Below are positions 40,591 to 50,610 of a stretch of DNA of 64,000 nt, piece after piece; within the stretch, counting starts at the first letter, position 1, and the number at the start of each line of letters is the position of its first letter. This DNA comes from Candidatus Bathyarchaeia archaeon. Lineage in GTDB: Archaea; Thermoproteota; Bathyarchaeia; TCS64. A program made the position numbers and the translations under genes. Under the pieces are notes generated by a model. It did not search any database, was not told where the DNA came from, and saw only the letters and a list, made by a program, of their open reading frames with translations. The DNA lies in assembly GCA_050014495.1 (NCBI GenBank), contig JBEKDF010000005.1, forward strand, positions 32,001 to 96,000, in the 5' to 3' direction.

Positions 40591-42759
40591 TTGATGAAAA
40601 AAGTCACGATCATCACCTTCCCGGAGTACGAGAGCCTGGTTCTCGACTCCCTCGGCGCGGCGGGGGTGACCCAGCTCAAGGAGGTCACAGGGCCCGACTA
40701 CGACGATTATCGAAAGGAAGCCAAAGGCCCCGATTATAAGACACTTTTCGGCGAGATCGAGCCACGCTACAGGGAGCTCCAAAAACTCATCAACTTCAAG
40801 ATCGACCGCACTATCCCAAGTCTGGAAGTACTACGTGACTACGCCAGGAACCCCGATGTTAAGGCGAAAGCTACTATTCAACAACTAGACAGGCTTCTAG
40901 CGCAGCTGAAAGGCCCTAGGGAGGCCCAAACAATCGAAGTAGAGAGGATCACCAAGGAGCTAGACGAGAGGATCAGCAAGGGAAGTGCACTCTACCACGA
41001 GAAGAAGCGTAGTCTCCTCGACCAATACGCCCGCTGGAACATCAAAATAGAACTCATGAAGGCTCTGGGCTCAGACGATATCAAGGGAAGCCTAGGATAC
41101 GGAGTAGCAAACACAGAGTTCCTCAAGCGGCTGGAGCAACATCTGGCGAAGCAACCAGAGGTAAAAATCAAGGTGACGAGCATCTCTCCCTCCGATAGCT
41201 TCATAGAAGTAAATGGGCCGCAGGAACTCGAAAAGTGGGTCCGCGATCTATTCATGGTGTTCGATGTCACCGACATAACTGTAATCCTTGGTGCAGAAGC
41301 GAAGACTATCATAGACCCAACAAAGAGGAGCAAGGAGCTTGACAAGTTCCAGAAAGAGATGACGGACTGGGTCGAGGGAATACAAGCCAGGGGATCTTCC
41401 TTTGAAGAGAAGATGTCCTCCTTGGAGACAGAGCACCAGGAGTCGATTAAGCTCCTCGAGGATGAGAAGACTGAGAAGCTCACAGCATCGACTCAGCAGT
41501 GGACAGAGCGCGCAACAAAAGTCGAGGCTGAAGTCAAGGAGAAGGATATGAAAGCGCTGAGCGAGATCGCTTTCAACTACAACCTTCTCCGACTAGGCGC
41601 AGACGATCGTGCACCGGTAATGAGGACGAAGGTCTTCAGCATCATGCAAGGCTGGACCCCAGAGGATAACGTGGGAGAGTTCAAGACCGCCCTCACAGAT
41701 GTCGAGGCTAAAATCGGTGAGAAGATAATCGTCGATGTTGAGGATGTCGAACCTGGGACGAAGGGAGTACCGACACCAACACCCAATATGAGACCAAAGA
41801 TCCTATTACCAACTTGGAAGCTCACGACGCTTCGCGGTTGGCCAACGAACACCGAGTTTAACCCTGCTTACATCAGTGTAATTGTCTTCGCATTCCAGTT
41901 TGGCTTAATGTATGGGGACGTAGGTCAAGGGCTAATCATCCTCATACTCGGATTCGTATTTACAAGTAAGTTCAAGCGTGGGATGCTGAAGTACCTTGGT
42001 GGCCTCTTCATCCCTATGGGCATAGCCGCCACGATATTCGGCTTCCTGTATGGCTCCTTTTTCCTCAACGAATCTCTTCTCCGGCAATTCTATGTGCCTA
42101 TTATGCCCAACCCAATTCACCAGACGACGAAGTTGCTCTTACTCGTCTTCGAGATAGCAGCCATTGAGATTATACTAGGGTTGTGCATCGGTGCCTATAA
42201 CCAGATAAAGAAAGGCAACCCTGTGGGCGCACTTGGAGAGCATGGTCTAGGCATGATACTCTACGTCGGGGGCCTCTATATGACGGCTATATACTTCATA
42301 TCGATTAAGATGAACTTCATGAAGGCTCTCAGCTATCCCGGCTTCTACGTGATGATTCTCGGGATGGTCCTGAGCTTCGCGGAGCCCGTCATTCACAGCA
42401 TCCAACATGGTCATGGGGTTGGGATGGAGAGCATTGGTGAAGGCGTCGGGGGTCTATTGATGACCTTCGTCGAGGGACTCGCAAACTTGTTCAGCTATCT
42501 GCGTATAGCCGCGTTTGCTTTAGCGCATGCGAGCCTAGCGATAGCCGCTGATGCGCTTAATGCTGCCTTGCCTCTACCCATTCCAATCCCAATCGGCCTC
42601 ATAATCATGAACGTCGTCGCCCTCAGCTTCGAGCTTATATCCAGTACAGTTCAGAGCCTCAGGCTGCTATACTACGAGTTCATGGGTAAGTTCTTCGACG
42701 GGCAGGGGCTCCCCTTCAAGCCTTTTACGGTACCGAAAGACAAGCGAATCACTGAGTAG
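40591..42759 (+). CDS. atpI: A/V-type ATP synthase subunit I (a)
   Basis: MKKV N-terminus, QGWTP, FGLMYGDVGQG, FGFLYGSFF, SYLRI.A..LAH, LRL.YYEF..KFF.G.G.PF.PF. Confidence 0.95.
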   Translation: MMKKVTIITFPEYESLVLDSLGAAGVTQLKEVTGPDYDDYRKEAKGPDYKTLFGEIEPRYRELQKLINFKIDRTIPSLEVLRDYARNPDVKAKATIQQLDRLLAQLKGPREAQTIEVERITKELDERISKGSALYHEKKRSLLDQYARWNIKIELMKALGSDDIKGSLGYGVANTEFLKRLEQHLAKQPEVKIKVTSISPSDSFIEVNGPQELEKWVRDLFMVFDVTDITVILGAEAKTIIDPTKRSKELDKFQKEMTDWVEGIQARGSSFEEKMSSLETEHQESIKLLEDEKTEKLTASTQQWTERATKVEAEVKEKDMKALSEIAFNYNLLRLGADDRAPVMRTKVFSIMQGWTPEDNVGEFKTALTDVEAKIGEKIIVDVEDVEPGTKGVPTPTPNMRPKILLPTWKLTTLRGWPTNTEFNPAYISVIVFAFQFGLMYGDVGQGLIILILGFVFTSKFKRGMLKYLGGLFIPMGIAATIFGFLYGSFFLNESLLRQFYVPIMPNPIHQTTKLLLLVFEIAAIEIILGLCIGAYNQIKKGNPVGALGEHGLGMILYVGGLYMTAIYFISIKMNFMKALSYPGFYVMILGMVLSFAEPVIHSIQHGHGVGMESIGEGVGGLLMTFVEGLANLFSYLRIAAFALAHASLAIAADALNAALPLPIPIPIGLIIMNVVALSFELISSTVQSLRLLYYEFMGKFFDGQGLPFKPFTVPKDKRITE

Positions 42760-42872
42760 CCCCCTCTAGAAAAAGGTTATAAACGAACCAGATGACGTAT
42801 AGGAGAAAAAGGTGGAATATCGAATGATATACTCTGAGACTGCCCACCAATTGAGTGAGGGGAGGCTCGAAG

Positions 42873-43304
42873 ATGAGTGTTGATTTTCTCCCAGCGGCTA
42901 TAGTCGTAGGCGCAAGTGTCATAGGTGCGGCCTACATAATGTCCCAAGGAGCGATCGTTGGGGCATCAGCCGAAGTGGAGAAGAAGAGCACCGTCTGGGG
43001 AGCAGCCCTGAACGCGTTCGGTGGCTTTATGATCGTTTTGAGCGTACTCTTTACGATCATTATAATTGCTGGAGGTGATACTGGAGTGATACCTGATACT
43101 GCATGGCCCCTCCTGACTGGAGCTTTGACGATGATCGGAGCCGGCTTCGCCGCTGCTCTCTGTATCATGGTCGCTGCGAAGGCGGGTTCCGAGATGCTGA
43201 GCGAGAAGCCAGAGCTTTCGATTTGGGCTCTGCTCTTCATCGCTCTCGGTGAGGGTCTCGCTATCTACGGTTTGATCGTCACCATCCTGATGGTGAATAA
43301 GTAA
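42873..43304 (+). CDS. atpK: A/V-type ATP synthase proteolipid subunit K (c), two-hairpin form
   Basis: Four TM helices; EKPE...ALGEGLAIYGL in the second hairpin; SD GGAGG. Confidence 0.9.
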   Translation: MSVDFLPAAIVVGASVIGAAYIMSQGAIVGASAEVEKKSTVWGAALNAFGGFMIVLSVLFTIIIIAGGDTGVIPDTAWPLLTGALTMIGAGFAAALCIMVAAKAGSEMLSEKPELSIWALLFIALGEGLAIYGLIVTILMVNK

Positions 43305-43476
43305 ACCGTAGGGCGGGACACCCCGACCCTCTCCCTTCTCTTATTAAAAATTCTTCAAGAAGCAAAAAGCATCATTTTACATGCATTATTCGTGTTAATC
43401 TTGCTGGGAAACCCTTTTAATATTTACACTATTATTTATACCAAGGGCTTTTAGCCTAATCATGGAAGGTTAACGC

Positions 43477-43728
43477 ATGAAGTTCAAAGCCTTCGTCTAC
43501 GTCACCCTCAAGGCCGGGTACAGTGATCCGGAGGGGGAGACGACGGCCCACGCTCTGAGGGGGCTGGGCTACACTGTGGATGATGTCCGATCAAGCAAGG
43601 CCTATGAAGTCAGTTTCGAGGCAGCTGATCGGGCGAGGGCAGAGGAACTGCTAGATGAGATGTGCCGACGCCTACTCACGAACCCGACAAAGGACGATTA
43701 TCGCTTCGAAATAAGTGAGAAGAGATGA
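43477..43728 (+). CDS. purS: FGAM synthase subunit PurS
   Basis: V.LK....DPEG, MC.RLL.NP. Confidence 0.93.
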   Translation: MKFKAFVYVTLKAGYSDPEGETTAHALRGLGYTVDDVRSSKAYEVSFEAADRARAEELLDEMCRRLLTNPTKDDYRFEISEKR

Positions 43729-46097
43729 GTAGAATCAAGAAGAGTCCGCTCTCATTCGAGCACTTTGAGATCGACCTCCTCAACGCAGGGGACGCTGAGC
43801 TTTCGGATATCGGGAAGGCCCTCGGCCTCGGCCTAAGCATCACTGAGCTCCAGTACATCAGGGACCACTACCTCATCAGGGAGCGGAAGGCGACCGATGT
43901 AGAACTCCAGACATACGATCAGACTTTCAGCGAACACTGCAGCCACAAGACCTTCAGGGGTTTCGTCGAAACGCGGGATGGAAGGGTCGATGGCCTTCTT
44001 AAGACATATATCAGGAGCGTCGTGGAGGAGCTAAAGCCATCTTGGTGTTACAGCGTGTTTGAGGACAACGCTGGGATAGTGGATCTCGAGAGAGACTACA
44101 AGGTCGCTATCAAGGTGGAGACCCATAACCATCCCTCAGCGATCGAGCCATTCGGTGGGGCCGCTACGGGCCTCGGTGGTGTCATCAGGGACATCCTCGG
44201 TGTCTGGGCTGATCCCATAGCCTGCACAGATGTTCTCTGCTTCGGTCCGCTAAACTATCCTTGGGAGAAACTCCCCGAAGGCATAATGCATCCATCCTAC
44301 CTGTTCAACGGCGTTGTGGACGGCATTGGAAGCTACGGTAACAGTATGGGTATACCGACCGTCAATGGCGCAACTATCTTCGCGGATGAGTATACGGGCA
44401 ACGTCGTGGTCTACGCTGGATGCATAGGCGTGTTGAAGGAGAGTCAATACCTCAGGGAGGCGAAGCCAGGTGACTATTGCCTCCTCGCTGGGGGTAGGAC
44501 TGGTCTCGATGGCATACATGGTGTTACATTCGCCTCAGCAGAGCTGACTAAAGAGTCGGAGCAGGTTTCACGACCCGCTGTTCAGATAGCCAACCCGATT
44601 GAGGAGGAGAAGCTCAAACGTGCTATCCAGCAGATTAGCGAGCAGATGCTCGGATCCGCAATAACCGACATCGGGGGTGGAGGGCTGAGTTGCGGAGTAT
44701 GTGAAACCGCTGATAAATATGACCTCGGAATCGATGTCGACCTCGATAAGATCCCCTTGAAGGCGGTGAATATGGCGCCTTGGGAGATATGGATCTCTGA
44801 GAGCCAGGAGAGGATGCTGCTGGTTGTTCCCCCGAAGAACCTGGAGCGCGTCCTCAAGATTTTCAGGGACGAGCAGACCGAGGCGAACGCTATCGGCCGC
44901 TACAACGACTCGGGGGTCGCGAGACTTACTTATAAGGGGGTCCTCGTAGCCAACATCGACCTGAAATCCCTCTTTAATCCGCCGAAAACGACGCGGATCG
45001 CGACTTGGTCAGACCCGAAGCTTATGGAGCCCGTCTTCGAGCAGCCGAGGGACCTCGGCGCGATCCTTCTCAAGCTACTCGCAAGCTATAATGTTGCCAG
45101 TAAGGAAAAGGTCGTGCGTAGGTACGATCAAGAGGTCAAGGGGCAAACTGTGATCAAGCCCATGCAGGGTTGGAACTCTGGACCAAGCGATGGCGCTGTT
45201 GTGAAGCCTCTTGTCGATTCGATGATCGGGGTCTCCGTCTCATCCGGGATCAACCCAAGGTACGGGAGAATAAGCCCGTACTGGATGGCAGCGAGCGTAA
45301 TAGATGAAGCCATCAGGAACAACGTGGCGATTGGCGGACGGAGGATCGCCCTTCTTGACAACTTCACCTGGGGGAGCCCCGAGTATCCTGACAGGATCGG
45401 AAGCCTCGTGGAGGCATGCAAGGCCTGCCGAGACTTCGGAGTCGCATATGGGACCCCCTTCATCTCTGGAAAGGACAGCCTGTTCAACGAGTCTCCCCTG
45501 GGGCCGATCGTACCAACGCTGCTAGTCACTGCACTTGGGATTGTGCCCAGTGTCGGTGGCGCTATCACCATGGACCTGAAGGAGGTAGGAAACCGCCTCT
45601 ATATTGTCGGAGAGACGTCCTTAGAGCTGGGGGGTTCTGAATACTATTACTTGTTGGGTCAGTTAGGGGCCTCAGTACCGAAACTAGACGCGTCGAGGGC
45701 CTCTATAGCCTATAAGCGGCTCACTGCCGCGATGGATGCAGGCTATGTTAAGAGTTGTCATGATGTGTCCGAAGGAGGACTGGCAGTCGCCCTTGCGGAG
45801 ATGGCCTTTACTGGAGGTCTCGGGCTGGATGTGGATGTCCTCAAGGTGCCGGTCACGGGTGAGATGAGGGATGATCATCTGCTCTTTAGCGAGTCTAATG
45901 GGCGACTTCTTGTGGAGGTGTCCGTGAGCGACACGGCTAGGTTTGAAGAGCTGATGAGGGGCTCCACAGTGGCACGAATCGGTTCAGTAATCAAGAAGAC
46001 ACATCTCATCGTCAAGAAAGGTGACCGCATTTTATTCGATCTAGATAACAGTGAGACTATTGGGGCGTGGAAGACGCCCCTGGAGGCTCGACGATGA
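43725..46097 (+). CDS. purL: FGAM synthase subunit PurL
   Basis: SEHCSHK, DNAG, ETHNHPSAIEPFGGAATG, SESQERM, SGKDS, HDVSEGG. Confidence 0.96.
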   Translation: MSRIKKSPLSFEHFEIDLLNAGDAELSDIGKALGLGLSITELQYIRDHYLIRERKATDVELQTYDQTFSEHCSHKTFRGFVETRDGRVDGLLKTYIRSVVEELKPSWCYSVFEDNAGIVDLERDYKVAIKVETHNHPSAIEPFGGAATGLGGVIRDILGVWADPIACTDVLCFGPLNYPWEKLPEGIMHPSYLFNGVVDGIGSYGNSMGIPTVNGATIFADEYTGNVVVYAGCIGVLKESQYLREAKPGDYCLLAGGRTGLDGIHGVTFASAELTKESEQVSRPAVQIANPIEEEKLKRAIQQISEQMLGSAITDIGGGGLSCGVCETADKYDLGIDVDLDKIPLKAVNMAPWEIWISESQERMLLVVPPKNLERVLKIFRDEQTEANAIGRYNDSGVARLTYKGVLVANIDLKSLFNPPKTTRIATWSDPKLMEPVFEQPRDLGAILLKLLASYNVASKEKVVRRYDQEVKGQTVIKPMQGWNSGPSDGAVVKPLVDSMIGVSVSSGINPRYGRISPYWMAASVIDEAIRNNVAIGGRRIALLDNFTWGSPEYPDRIGSLVEACKACRDFGVAYGTPFISGKDSLFNESPLGPIVPTLLVTALGIVPSVGGAITMDLKEVGNRLYIVGETSLELGGSEYYYLLGQLGASVPKLDASRASIAYKRLTAAMDAGYVKSCHDVSEGGLAVALAEMAFTGGLGLDVDVLKVPVTGEMRDDHLLFSESNGRLLVEVSVSDTARFEELMRGSTVARIGSVIKKTHLIVKKGDRILFDLDNSETIGAWKTPLEARR

Positions 46098-46906
46098 GAC
46101 GCGAGGACATCAGGGTCCTGCTCATGCGGGCTCCGGGTACAAACTGCGACCTGGAGACGTTGCGAGCCTTCAGGGACCTAGGCGTACAAGCTGAGCTCCG
46201 TCATACGCAGGACGTCTTTAAGACTAAGGACCTCCTAAACTATAACATCCTCGTCTTCCCCGGAGGCTTCAGCTACGGTGACTATGTACGGAGCGGGGCA
46301 ATCTGGGCTAAGGAGTGTGAGTATAGGCTTGGCCCCGAGCTAGAGAGGTTCGTGGACGACGGGCGACCAGTGTTGGGTATCTGCAATGGGTTCCAGCAGC
46401 TTGTGGAACTCGGCTTCCTACCTGGCTTCGAGGGGAAATCAAAGTATCCCCAAGCTGCGCTTGCGAACAGCAGTCACGGGTACCAAAACCGCTGGATCAG
46501 GATGAAGTACGTTGGGCGTGGGAAATGCGGGATGATGGAGTACCTAGAGGCTGGCCACGTCCTCTCGTGCCCTGTAGCGCACGGTGAGGGGCGATTCGTC
46601 TTCCCCAAGGAGAGGGAGGAAGAGATGCTTAGAAGCCTCTACGAAAGGGACATGCTAGTGTGGCGCTACGTGAAAGGGGATGGCTCATTCGCTGAGGAGA
46701 GCTGGCCGGAGAACCCGAACGGTGCCTTCCACGATATAGCGGGGATATGCAACCCTGAGGGAACCGTGCTCGGACTTATGCCCCACCCTGAGAGGGCTTA
46801 CGATGGCTGGCTGATGCCGGAGTGGACTCGAATGGGGCTCAAGCGTTATGGGGACGGGCACCCATTCTATGAGAGTATAGTGAAGTACACAGAGAAGCGC
46901 TTCTAA
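46094..46906 (+). CDS. purQ: FGAM synthase glutaminase subunit PurQ
   Basis: PGTNCD, PGGFSYGDY, GICNGFQ, AHGEG, MPHPER; ATGA overlap with purL. Confidence 0.96.
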   Translation: MRREDIRVLLMRAPGTNCDLETLRAFRDLGVQAELRHTQDVFKTKDLLNYNILVFPGGFSYGDYVRSGAIWAKECEYRLGPELERFVDDGRPVLGICNGFQQLVELGFLPGFEGKSKYPQAALANSSHGYQNRWIRMKYVGRGKCGMMEYLEAGHVLSCPVAHGEGRFVFPKEREEEMLRSLYERDMLVWRYVKGDGSFAEESWPENPNGAFHDIAGICNPEGTVLGLMPHPERAYDGWLMPEWTRMGLKRYGDGHPFYESIVKYTEKRF

Positions 46907-46920
46907 CTCCCTCATTTTAT

Positions 46921-47361
46921 TTAACTTTGGGCACGTTTTCGCCTATATTCTTGGAGTCGCTCTTCTAGGTGTTTGTCCGATAGGGATAGAATTTCTATGG
47001 CTAGGAAAGCGGCGTTCTTTGCACCGTTGATTGCGACGGTGGCTACTGGGACACCAGTGGGCATTTGGACGATGCTCAGCAGGGAGTCGATGCCCCCTAG
47101 CATGACCTCCTTGGGTACCCCGATGACGGGTTTGATGGTCTGAGCTGCGACGATGCCTGGGAGGGCTGCAGCTAGGCCGGCTATGCATATGAAGACCTGC
47201 GCGTCCGTGGCCTCAATGTACTGTGTGAGGGCCTTGAGGTTTCTATGGGCGGAGAGAGTTTTCTGTTCGTGGTCTATCCCGAACTCTCTGAGGATTGTGG
47301 AAGCGGCTTCACTTAGTTCCTTGTCGGAGTCGCTACCGACTATGATGGCGACCTTTGGCAT
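46921..47361 (-). CDS. purE: N5-CAIR mutase / AIR carboxylase PurE
   Basis: GSDSD, SAHR, AGLAAALPG, PVIGVP, QMP.GVPVATV. Confidence 0.95.
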   Translation of the reverse strand: MPKVAIIVGSDSDKELSEAASTILREFGIDHEQKTLSAHRNLKALTQYIEATDAQVFICIAGLAAALPGIVAAQTIKPVIGVPKEVMLGGIDSLLSIVQMPTGVPVATVAINGAKNAAFLAIEILSLSDKHLEERLQEYRRKRAQS

Positions 47362-47462
47362 GGAATAGAATTGGGTGGTCCACTTATGAAAGTAGTCCCG
47401 GATTGGCGCGTGCGCTCAGGTAACCCTTATCCCCATCCTCCTTTTCCTATGGTTCGATATCC

Positions 47463-47642
47463 GTGTTAGGAATAGTATTCTTCCCGATGGGAGTTTTCCT
47501 CGTCTTCATCGGTGCCATACTCGCCCTCGACTCCCCAATTATGAAGGAGACGTTGGATAGCGTGGAGTTCCTCCGGAAGAATAAGCATGTAGCTGGGACA
47601 TTGATGGTGATTATCGGGTTCATTGCGATGGCGCTAAGCTAA
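47463..47642 (+). CDS. Small two-TM membrane protein (59 aa, below the ORF-track cutoff)
   Basis: Manual translation from GTG: VLGIVFFPMGVFLVFIGAILALDSP...VAGTLMVIIGFIAMALS*. Confidence 0.4.
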   Translation: MLGIVFFPMGVFLVFIGAILALDSPIMKETLDSVEFLRKNKHVAGTLMVIIGFIAMALS

Positions 47643-47696
47643 GAATGGCGAAACCATCATCTAAATGATCTGTCTCCTTGACTATCGGAGATTTAG

Positions 47697-48026
47697 ATGA
47701 TATACGAATGGAGAGTCTATGAGGCATATCCCGGTAGGATGGATGCTCTCAACGAGCGCTTCGCCAAGATCACACTCAAGTACTTTGAGAAACATGACAT
47801 CAAGGTGATCGGGTTCTGGATTGCTATCATCGGCACAAGCAACGTTCTCTATTATATGCTTGCATTCGATGACCTCGCTCATAGGGAGACTGCGTGGAAC
47901 GCCTTCTCGACGGACCCTGGATGGGTAAAGGCGCGAATCGAAACAGAGCAGAGAGCCGGAGGTCCACTCACAGAGAGGATCACGAATATGATCCTCAAAT
48001 CTACTGATTACTCCCCCATGAAGTAA
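47697..48026 (+). CDS. NIPSNAP family protein
   Basis: YE.R.Y...PG.M..L..RF, RE.AW.AF..DP.W, L..TDYSP. Confidence 0.88.
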   Translation: MIYEWRVYEAYPGRMDALNERFAKITLKYFEKHDIKVIGFWIAIIGTSNVLYYMLAFDDLAHRETAWNAFSTDPGWVKARIETEQRAGGPLTERITNMILKSTDYSPMK

Positions 48027-48048
48027 TCGCGAGTTGAGTCTTGCAAGT

Positions 48049-49500
48049 CTATAGGAGTCTGTTAGCCTCAGCTATTCGCTTGAAGACCTCTGCCGAGGGC
48101 TTTGGCGTTCTCTTCTTAGTGACAGGGTCTACGGAGCAGAGCCCAAACTTGACTCCATATCCACTAGACCATTCAAGGTTGTCCATGAGGCTCCAGTGGA
48201 AGTAGCCGCGCACCGGAACGCCATCGAGCTCCACAGCCCTTTGGATCGCGTCGAGATGCCCGATGATGTATTTCTCCCTCATCGAGTCTGAGGCATCGGC
48301 TATACCGTTCTCCGTCACATATATGGGCCTCCGATATCGGCTATAAGCCCAGTCACAGGCCCACCTTAGCCCTTCAGGATAGTTATCGAAGCCTATGTCG
48401 CTCGGGTTCATTGGAGGGGCGAAGCTGTAGTTGAAGTGAGGGTTCCCTCCCTTTGCTTCGTACTTCACTCGTCTCCTCATGTAGTAGTTTATTCCGATCC
48501 AGTCACACCCCTTAACGAGATGTGGAAGCATCTCGTCTCCTTCGACGAGTCCATCTGCGTTCATATCGTAATCTCCTCGGAAAATGGCATTTAGACTCCA
48601 TTCATTGAAGAGGTAGTCGTTGAACATCGTTGCTTTGACATCCGCATCGCTCGAAGGATCAACGGGCTCGTGGTAATGGAGGACAGCTATAATACCAATG
48701 CTCGATGGCCCAAGTGGCCCAGCTGAGGCAGTGTCCCACTTCTTCACCTGCTCATAAGCCAGACCATGTGCCATAGAGAGGTGCCTCATCGAAACCATGA
48801 ACGCTCCGAAGTCGTTCAGTCCAGGAGGGAATTCGCCACTATCGAGGAACCCGTGGTCGGACACAATCTTCACTTCGTTTATCGTACCCCAGAGATCAAC
48901 TAGGTCCCCGAAGATGTGTGCTACATACGCGCAATACTTCACAAACTCAATAAGGGTCACTTCGTCGAGCCAACCCCTTTTCCCAATGGGTGCCGTGCCA
49001 TCGCGTGTCATTATTGGGTCGTGCAGCCAGAGAGGTATAGGCCAATGATAGAGGGTGACCATTGGCTCCATGTCCTGCTTCCTGCACTCGATGAGGATCT
49101 GCCTATATCTTCTAATCGCCGCCTTATCTGCGAGCTTGCTGAGCTCACGCATCGTTCTCTCTTCTACATGGACCTTCTCAATGTTCCCATACTTGTCACG
49201 GTAAACCTCGACTACTGCCCCCTCAGTGGACTTGGGAAAGATTCGAGCCCAGTCAAGGCTCATCCGAAACGCATTACATCCAAGCCTTCGTGCTAAGCCA
49301 AAGTCCTGCTTATATAGCTCCCAGAATCCTGGCCCGTTCTCGGGGAAATCGCCACTTACCCATCCCCTTCGCTTATTCTCTGCGTTGTGAACCCAAGCCC
49401 ACCAATCGGACCCATTCGCCACATTCCCCCTCCCCATCTCCACTTGGAAGGAGGATGTAGCCACTCCCCACAGGAATCCCTCAGGGAAATTGCCACTCAA
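48049..49500 (-). CDS. Glycoside hydrolase family 1 (beta-glucosidase/galactosidase)
   Basis: FP.GFLWGVATSSFQVE, TLYHW, TINE (acid/base), INYY, VTENG (nucleophile), WSLMDN.EW..GY. Confidence 0.95.
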   Translation of the reverse strand: MSGNFPEGFLWGVATSSFQVEMGRGNVANGSDWWAWVHNAENKRRGWVSGDFPENGPGFWELYKQDFGLARRLGCNAFRMSLDWARIFPKSTEGAVVEVYRDKYGNIEKVHVEERTMRELSKLADKAAIRRYRQILIECRKQDMEPMVTLYHWPIPLWLHDPIMTRDGTAPIGKRGWLDEVTLIEFVKYCAYVAHIFGDLVDLWGTINEVKIVSDHGFLDSGEFPPGLNDFGAFMVSMRHLSMAHGLAYEQVKKWDTASAGPLGPSSIGIIAVLHYHEPVDPSSDADVKATMFNDYLFNEWSLNAIFRGDYDMNADGLVEGDEMLPHLVKGCDWIGINYYMRRRVKYEAKGGNPHFNYSFAPPMNPSDIGFDNYPEGLRWACDWAYSRYRRPIYVTENGIADASDSMREKYIIGHLDAIQRAVELDGVPVRGYFHWSLMDNLEWSSGYGVKFGLCSVDPVTKKRTPKPSAEVFKRIAEANRLL

Positions 49501-49621
49501 AACACATCGATTAACGCTTCACCGAGGCCCCATATAACACCTGAGCCTCACTTCTCCTCCATCACACTTTATTCTGGGGATACTGATCAATGTTTTATCC
49601 GCCTATAACCCGTCCAATAGT

Positions 49622-50551
49622 ATGCCTGAATTCGGAGTTACTCACGAGTCTGCTGAACTGAAAAGAGTCCTTGTCCACCACCCGGGCAGGGAGCTCGAAC
49701 TCGCCAACAGGGATCCAGTTGCCCACCACTTCGACTGCGCTGTCGATATAGAACAGTTTCAGAGAGACCATCGAATGCTCATGGACGCCCTAACTGAGGC
49801 TGGAGTCGAGGTTCTCGACGTTGGTACCCTCCTAGCCGGAGACAAACAGATGCAAGGCCTCATTCAACACGCACCTAACCTAGTCTTCACACGCGACTCA
49901 AGTACCGTCACAGAGGCGGGTGCCATCCTCTTTCGGATGGGACTCCCCAGCAGACGGTCGGAGACGCCCATTATCAGGGCTGCCCACGAGGCTGCAGGTA
50001 CACCAATTGCCCACCAGTTAAAGGATCCCGAATCATTCGAGGGAGGTGGCTTTGCCCTCCTTGAGGGGCGGGTCGCTGTCGCTGGACTCTGCGATCGTGC
50101 AACTCAGGGTGCTCTCAATGACCTAGGCGACTTCGTCCTTAAGGAACAGATCGTGGACCAATTCATCCAACTTAATATGCCCAAAGGCTATGTTCATATA
50201 GATGGCGAGTTTGCGGAGCTACCCGGAAAACGCGCCATCGTTCACCGAATTTCCCTTGAGGAGAATCCCGCCTCATTTCGCACACGAACTGAGGCTTGGG
50301 ACGGCAGCTTCCTCGAGTGGCTTATAGACGATGACTACGACATCATAGAGATTACTGACAAGGAGTGTAATGATATGGCAGCTAATTTCCTTACCGTCCA
50401 TAGTGACCTCTGCATACATTATACTGGGAACCTACGTGTTATGCAGGAGGTCAGAGAGCGGGGTATCGAGGTTGTTCAGATACCCGGAGACGAAATGCGA
50501 AGGGGTTGTGGCGGCATACACTGCATGACATGTCCGGTCCTAAGAGTTTAG
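49622..50551 (+). CDS. Amidinotransferase / arginine deiminase-fold enzyme
   Basis: L.RV.VH.PG.E, NL.FTRD, EGG, HID, C-terminal GG.HCMT.P. Confidence 0.85.
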   Translation: MPEFGVTHESAELKRVLVHHPGRELELANRDPVAHHFDCAVDIEQFQRDHRMLMDALTEAGVEVLDVGTLLAGDKQMQGLIQHAPNLVFTRDSSTVTEAGAILFRMGLPSRRSETPIIRAAHEAAGTPIAHQLKDPESFEGGGFALLEGRVAVAGLCDRATQGALNDLGDFVLKEQIVDQFIQLNMPKGYVHIDGEFAELPGKRAIVHRISLEENPASFRTRTEAWDGSFLEWLIDDDYDIIEITDKECNDMAANFLTVHSDLCIHYTGNLRVMQEVRERGIEVVQIPGDEMRRGCGGIHCMTCPVLRV

Positions 50552-50610
50552 ATCTATTTGTTTTCAAGATAGGGAACACTAATCCAATTACTTTCTTGAG
50601 TCGCGCGCGC

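Noticed and set aside
42792..42848. C/D box sRNA or K-loop in the atpK leader (ATGATAT...CTGA inside a GGTGG/CCACC stem)
   Set aside because: The C-box match is imperfect and the spacing is too short for a guide; not supportable without comparative data.
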